A DNA stretch of 61,604 nt, counting the filler, from Globobulimina sp. (lineage: Eukaryota): assembly GCA_003354225.1 (NCBI GenBank). It is 22 parts of 22 records of this genome, joined end to end, with 100 filler letters (N's around TTAATTAATTAA, not from the genome) between each part and the next. Parts side by side here need not be neighbours in the genome. Positions count along the whole stretch, not along the records: positions 58,902 to 61,604 come from PIVH01005280.1; 21 more parts are not named here. One strand, written 5' to 3'. The first letter of the stretch is position 1. Every line of letters starts with the position of its first letter. Of the stretch, positions 58,991 through 61,604 are shown one piece after another. The notes beneath the pieces were generated by a model. The model made no database searches, was not told where the DNA came from, and saw nothing but the letters and a program-made list of their open reading frames with translations. A program made the position numbers and the translations under genes.

Positions 58991-61604
58991 TTTTTTTTTT
59001 TTGGAAACTAGAGCAAAATCTTGCGCTCTGAATTAAATTAAATACGTCGCATGACATTTATCAAACAATTGTAAAACATTTGTGTATCTCAAAAACATAA
59101 ACAAAAGTGTTTTTGATATATCACCACAAACAAACAAAAACTAAAAACATAAAAGGATATTAAATACACAAATCTGTTCACAAAATAACTCTAAAAACAT
59201 AACTCAAACATGGCATAAAAAAGAAAGGAATAAAACATATATTAAATAAAATTATTGTATTATAAAATGATTTTTTAATGATTTAATGATATTCTTCTTT
59301 ATAAAAATTGAAAATCTTGAATAAAAATTATTTTTCTCAATCATTATATCCTGTTTTAACCGACTTGCCTTATACTTTAATGCTGCATTGCATGTATGCT
59401 TTACCTTTGTACTCATTCCTCCAAAGCTATCAAATGCCAATGGTATGAATTTGTATCCATTTAATATATCTGCTTCAAATCTGTCCTTATATTTGCTGTA
59501 CTTACTATTCTCCCCAATCTTTCCTGCCATAAAGTGCGAAATCTTATCATTTTCTGTATTTAATTTGTTTTCATTACAAAATATATCCGTAATTATAACA
59601 TCTAACATCACTTTGCTAAATCTATCTTTTTCGTATTCAATTGTATTATGTATCCAAATGTCAGGTTTCTCCTTTTTTTTTCCATTTTTTCTCGACTTTG
59701 TTTCATATGTAACACTGCCACATTCTGCCTCGAATAATTCAAATAAATAATATGCTATTTTGTCGTGTCTGAAGTGATGTGCTTTTGTACCAAATCTACA
59801 CTTATTCATATGTTCAATGACTTGCTCATTTTTAATGTGTTCGTGGCACTGATTGCAAATAATTTGCTTGCTTTTGTCTATTAATGTCAATCCGTATAAA
59901 ATCCGAATTAATAAATTCCAATCATTGTTATTCAAAAACATTTCATTCAACCAATCAATTCCAATAATATTATTTAAAAATGCCATCGTTTTGTTCGAAC
60001 GTCTCGCGTTCATCAATATTTTTGTTTTAATACTTGCGTTATCATAAATTTTGTGGTAAATCTTGCTCTCAACGCCGTATGAAAGGGAGTTCATTTTAAA
60101 TTTGCTGTTTATATCATATAAATCATGGTTTTCATATTCATTTTCATTGTCAACGTTCATTTTATTTTCGTGGCAATCAATTCTTAAATTTGCAATTTTC
60201 AACATATTTTCAAATAAATCTAAATCACATTTACTGTCCTCTTCTTCGTGTGCATTAATGTTTAAATTATCTAAATTGTGGAATACGTCTTTAATTTCAA
60301 TGTTAAATTTCTTTGACGTGTTATAGTTATTCCATTTGATCGCGTTTTGTATGTTATTCCTAATTTTATTATCAGTTTTAAATAATAATTCGATTTTTAA
60401 CTCATTCCACAGCGGTTTGACAATTTTGTGGATACAGGAAATGTATGCTGGCGCGACTAAGTTGGTAACACTGCGAATACATAAACCTCCAAATCCTTTT
60501 CCAATTGAAAAAATCTGTTTAGTTTCGTCATCGATCGGTATATTTATTGCTGAATTAATTATCTTTTCGTGTATTTGATTGGCTTTAATTAGCCATTGAT
60601 TATCATCATCGATCTTAAATTCACCGTTTTCATCAACATCCGGAATATTATCATTGCATTGTAGGAAATAGTTGAGATTTTCAAATTTTTCACATGAATT
60701 TAATAATTTGTATTTATGCCACATACTTTCAATCGAATTAATTATATCAATTTTATTATTCATTTTATTTAATTTTTTAATCATCATATTATTATATTTG
60801 CCTTTACCTCGTTGTATGCCAAGCATTTCAAATTCGCAATTCTCTAAAATTTTAAATTTATAATTAATAAAATATTGATTGGTCGCTGTATTTAATTTGT
60901 CTCTGTTGTGTGTTAAGATAATTTCTGTTTTTTTATTGTTAAATTTATTACCATATTTAATACCAATTTTCTTTTTTAATAAATGATTAATTATACACTT
61001 TCTTATTGTATCTCCTTTGTTTGTGTCGTCAATATAATTTAACTCAATTAATAGCTCAATAATATAGTTTGCGTCGGCAGACATAGCACCGACTAAATCC
61101 ATTATATCTCTCTCATTGACAATAACAATGACATTCGTCACTGTGTTGCCTTGATGTAATCCATCGGACATTTCTTGCATTTCATTGTTGAAAATAACCT
61201 TCGTCGGCGCACTATAATTAACGTAGGCGATATTATATAGATTCGGTGCTAATTTATTTAAATTTTTGCGCGACGGTTTGCGTAATATTCGGTTAAAAAA
61301 ATTCTCCATGTCATCTTTCATCAAAATTTTAATATTATCCAAGTCCGAGTTGTTCCAAAATAGCATATCAATTATTTCATCATTAATATATTCGTCGTCT
61401 CCGAACGTATACTTTTCATTTTGTAATATTTGTCTTATTTGATTTTTTTTATTCTGCAGATTTCTATTCGATTCCGCATTATTTACTAAATTCGTTTTCT
61501 GCTCAAAATATTGTTCATTTTTACTCGTCGCAAAATCAATAAATTTATCCATTGAATGTACAATAATGCTCAGTGCATCTTTCTTGTTCATACCGTACTG
61601 ATTT
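58991..61604 (-). mobile_element. CRE-like (RLE-bearing) non-LTR retrotransposon, 3' portion
   Basis: Intronless RT-RLE ORF, about 250 bp of 3' UTR and a candidate A12 tail (T run at 58991-59002). The D..N.FN...R and PLAF...GG motifs fit the CRE clade. Confidence 0.8.
59252..61603 (-). CDS. Reverse transcriptase + CCHC knuckle + restriction-like endonuclease ORF, 5' truncated
   Basis: RT motifs QYG...IVH, DMENFFN.I.R, GLHQGN, YIDD, N.KKT, LG, GGL.I; then CNQC..H...C, RHD, KPDI, LDV, K..KY, FIPLAFDSFGG. Confidence 0.92.
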   Translation of the reverse strand, partial: NQYGMNKKDALSIIVHSMDKFIDFATSKNEQYFEQKTNLVNNAESNRNLQNKKNQIRQILQNEKYTFGDDEYINDEIIDMLFWNNSDLDNIKILMKDDMENFFNRILRKPSRKNLNKLAPNLYNIAYVNYSAPTKVIFNNEMQEMSDGLHQGNTVTNVIVIVNERDIMDLVGAMSADANYIIELLIELNYIDDTNKGDTIRKCIINHLLKKKIGIKYGNKFNNKKTEIILTHNRDKLNTATNQYFINYKFKILENCEFEMLGIQRGKGKYNNMMIKKLNKMNNKIDIINSIESMWHKYKLLNSCEKFENLNYFLQCNDNIPDVDENGEFKIDDDNQWLIKANQIHEKIINSAINIPIDDETKQIFSIGKGFGGLCIRSVTNLVAPAYISCIHKIVKPLWNELKIELLFKTDNKIRNNIQNAIKWNNYNTSKKFNIEIKDVFHNLDNLNINAHEEEDSKCDLDLFENMLKIANLRIDCHENKMNVDNENEYENHDLYDINSKFKMNSLSYGVESKIYHKIYDNASIKTKILMNARRSNKTMAFLNNIIGIDWLNEMFLNNNDWNLLIRILYGLTLIDKSKQIICNQCHEHIKNEQVIEHMNKCRFGTKAHHFRHDKIAYYLFELFEAECGSVTYETKSRKNGKKKEKPDIWIHNTIEYEKDRFSKVMLDVIITDIFCNENKLNTENDKISHFMAGKIGENSKYSKYKDRFEADILNGYKFIPLAFDSFGGMSTKVKHTCNAALKYKASRLKQDIMIEKNNFYSRFSIFIKKNIIKSLKNHFIIQ

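Noticed and set aside
56281-61604. Functional link between the DUF3825 gene and the adjacent retrotransposon
   Set aside because: They are on different contigs separated by an artificial spacer.

Overview
This window is not one locus. It is 22 unrelated contigs of 2703-2706 bp, sorted by length and joined by artificial 100-bp spacers (44 N + TTAATTAATTAA + 44 N), so nothing can be inferred across a spacer. Twenty-one contigs look like an AT-rich, gene-dense eukaryote with short GT-AG introns (about 45-110 bp). A foraminiferan/rhizarian source is inferred from intron style and gene families, not proven. Recognisable genes include RPS3A/eS1, XPO4, SEC11, DDX27/DRS1, LSG1, PDCD2, NDC1, an organellar bL36, an ascorbate-peroxidase-like enzyme, a Ser/Thr kinase, an MFS transporter, an HSL-type esterase and a STAS-domain fragment. 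One contig (42082-44785) is bacterial: a histidine kinase cut by an IS200-type tnpA element, plus a pentapeptide-repeat remnant. The last contig is the RT-zinc knuckle-RLE half of a CRE-like non-LTR retrotransposon. The most notable candidates appear only after splicing ORFs together: (1) a DUF3825-like domain fused to a Q/N-rich linker, an RRM-like domain and a WWE domain; (2) a Rab-like GTPase-START-SPRY fusion; (3) a dsRBD followed by an RNase H-like domain; (4) an intron-containing, secreted MSP130/choice-of-anchor-I protein. All domain calls come from motif recognition by eye and need HMM or structure confirmation.
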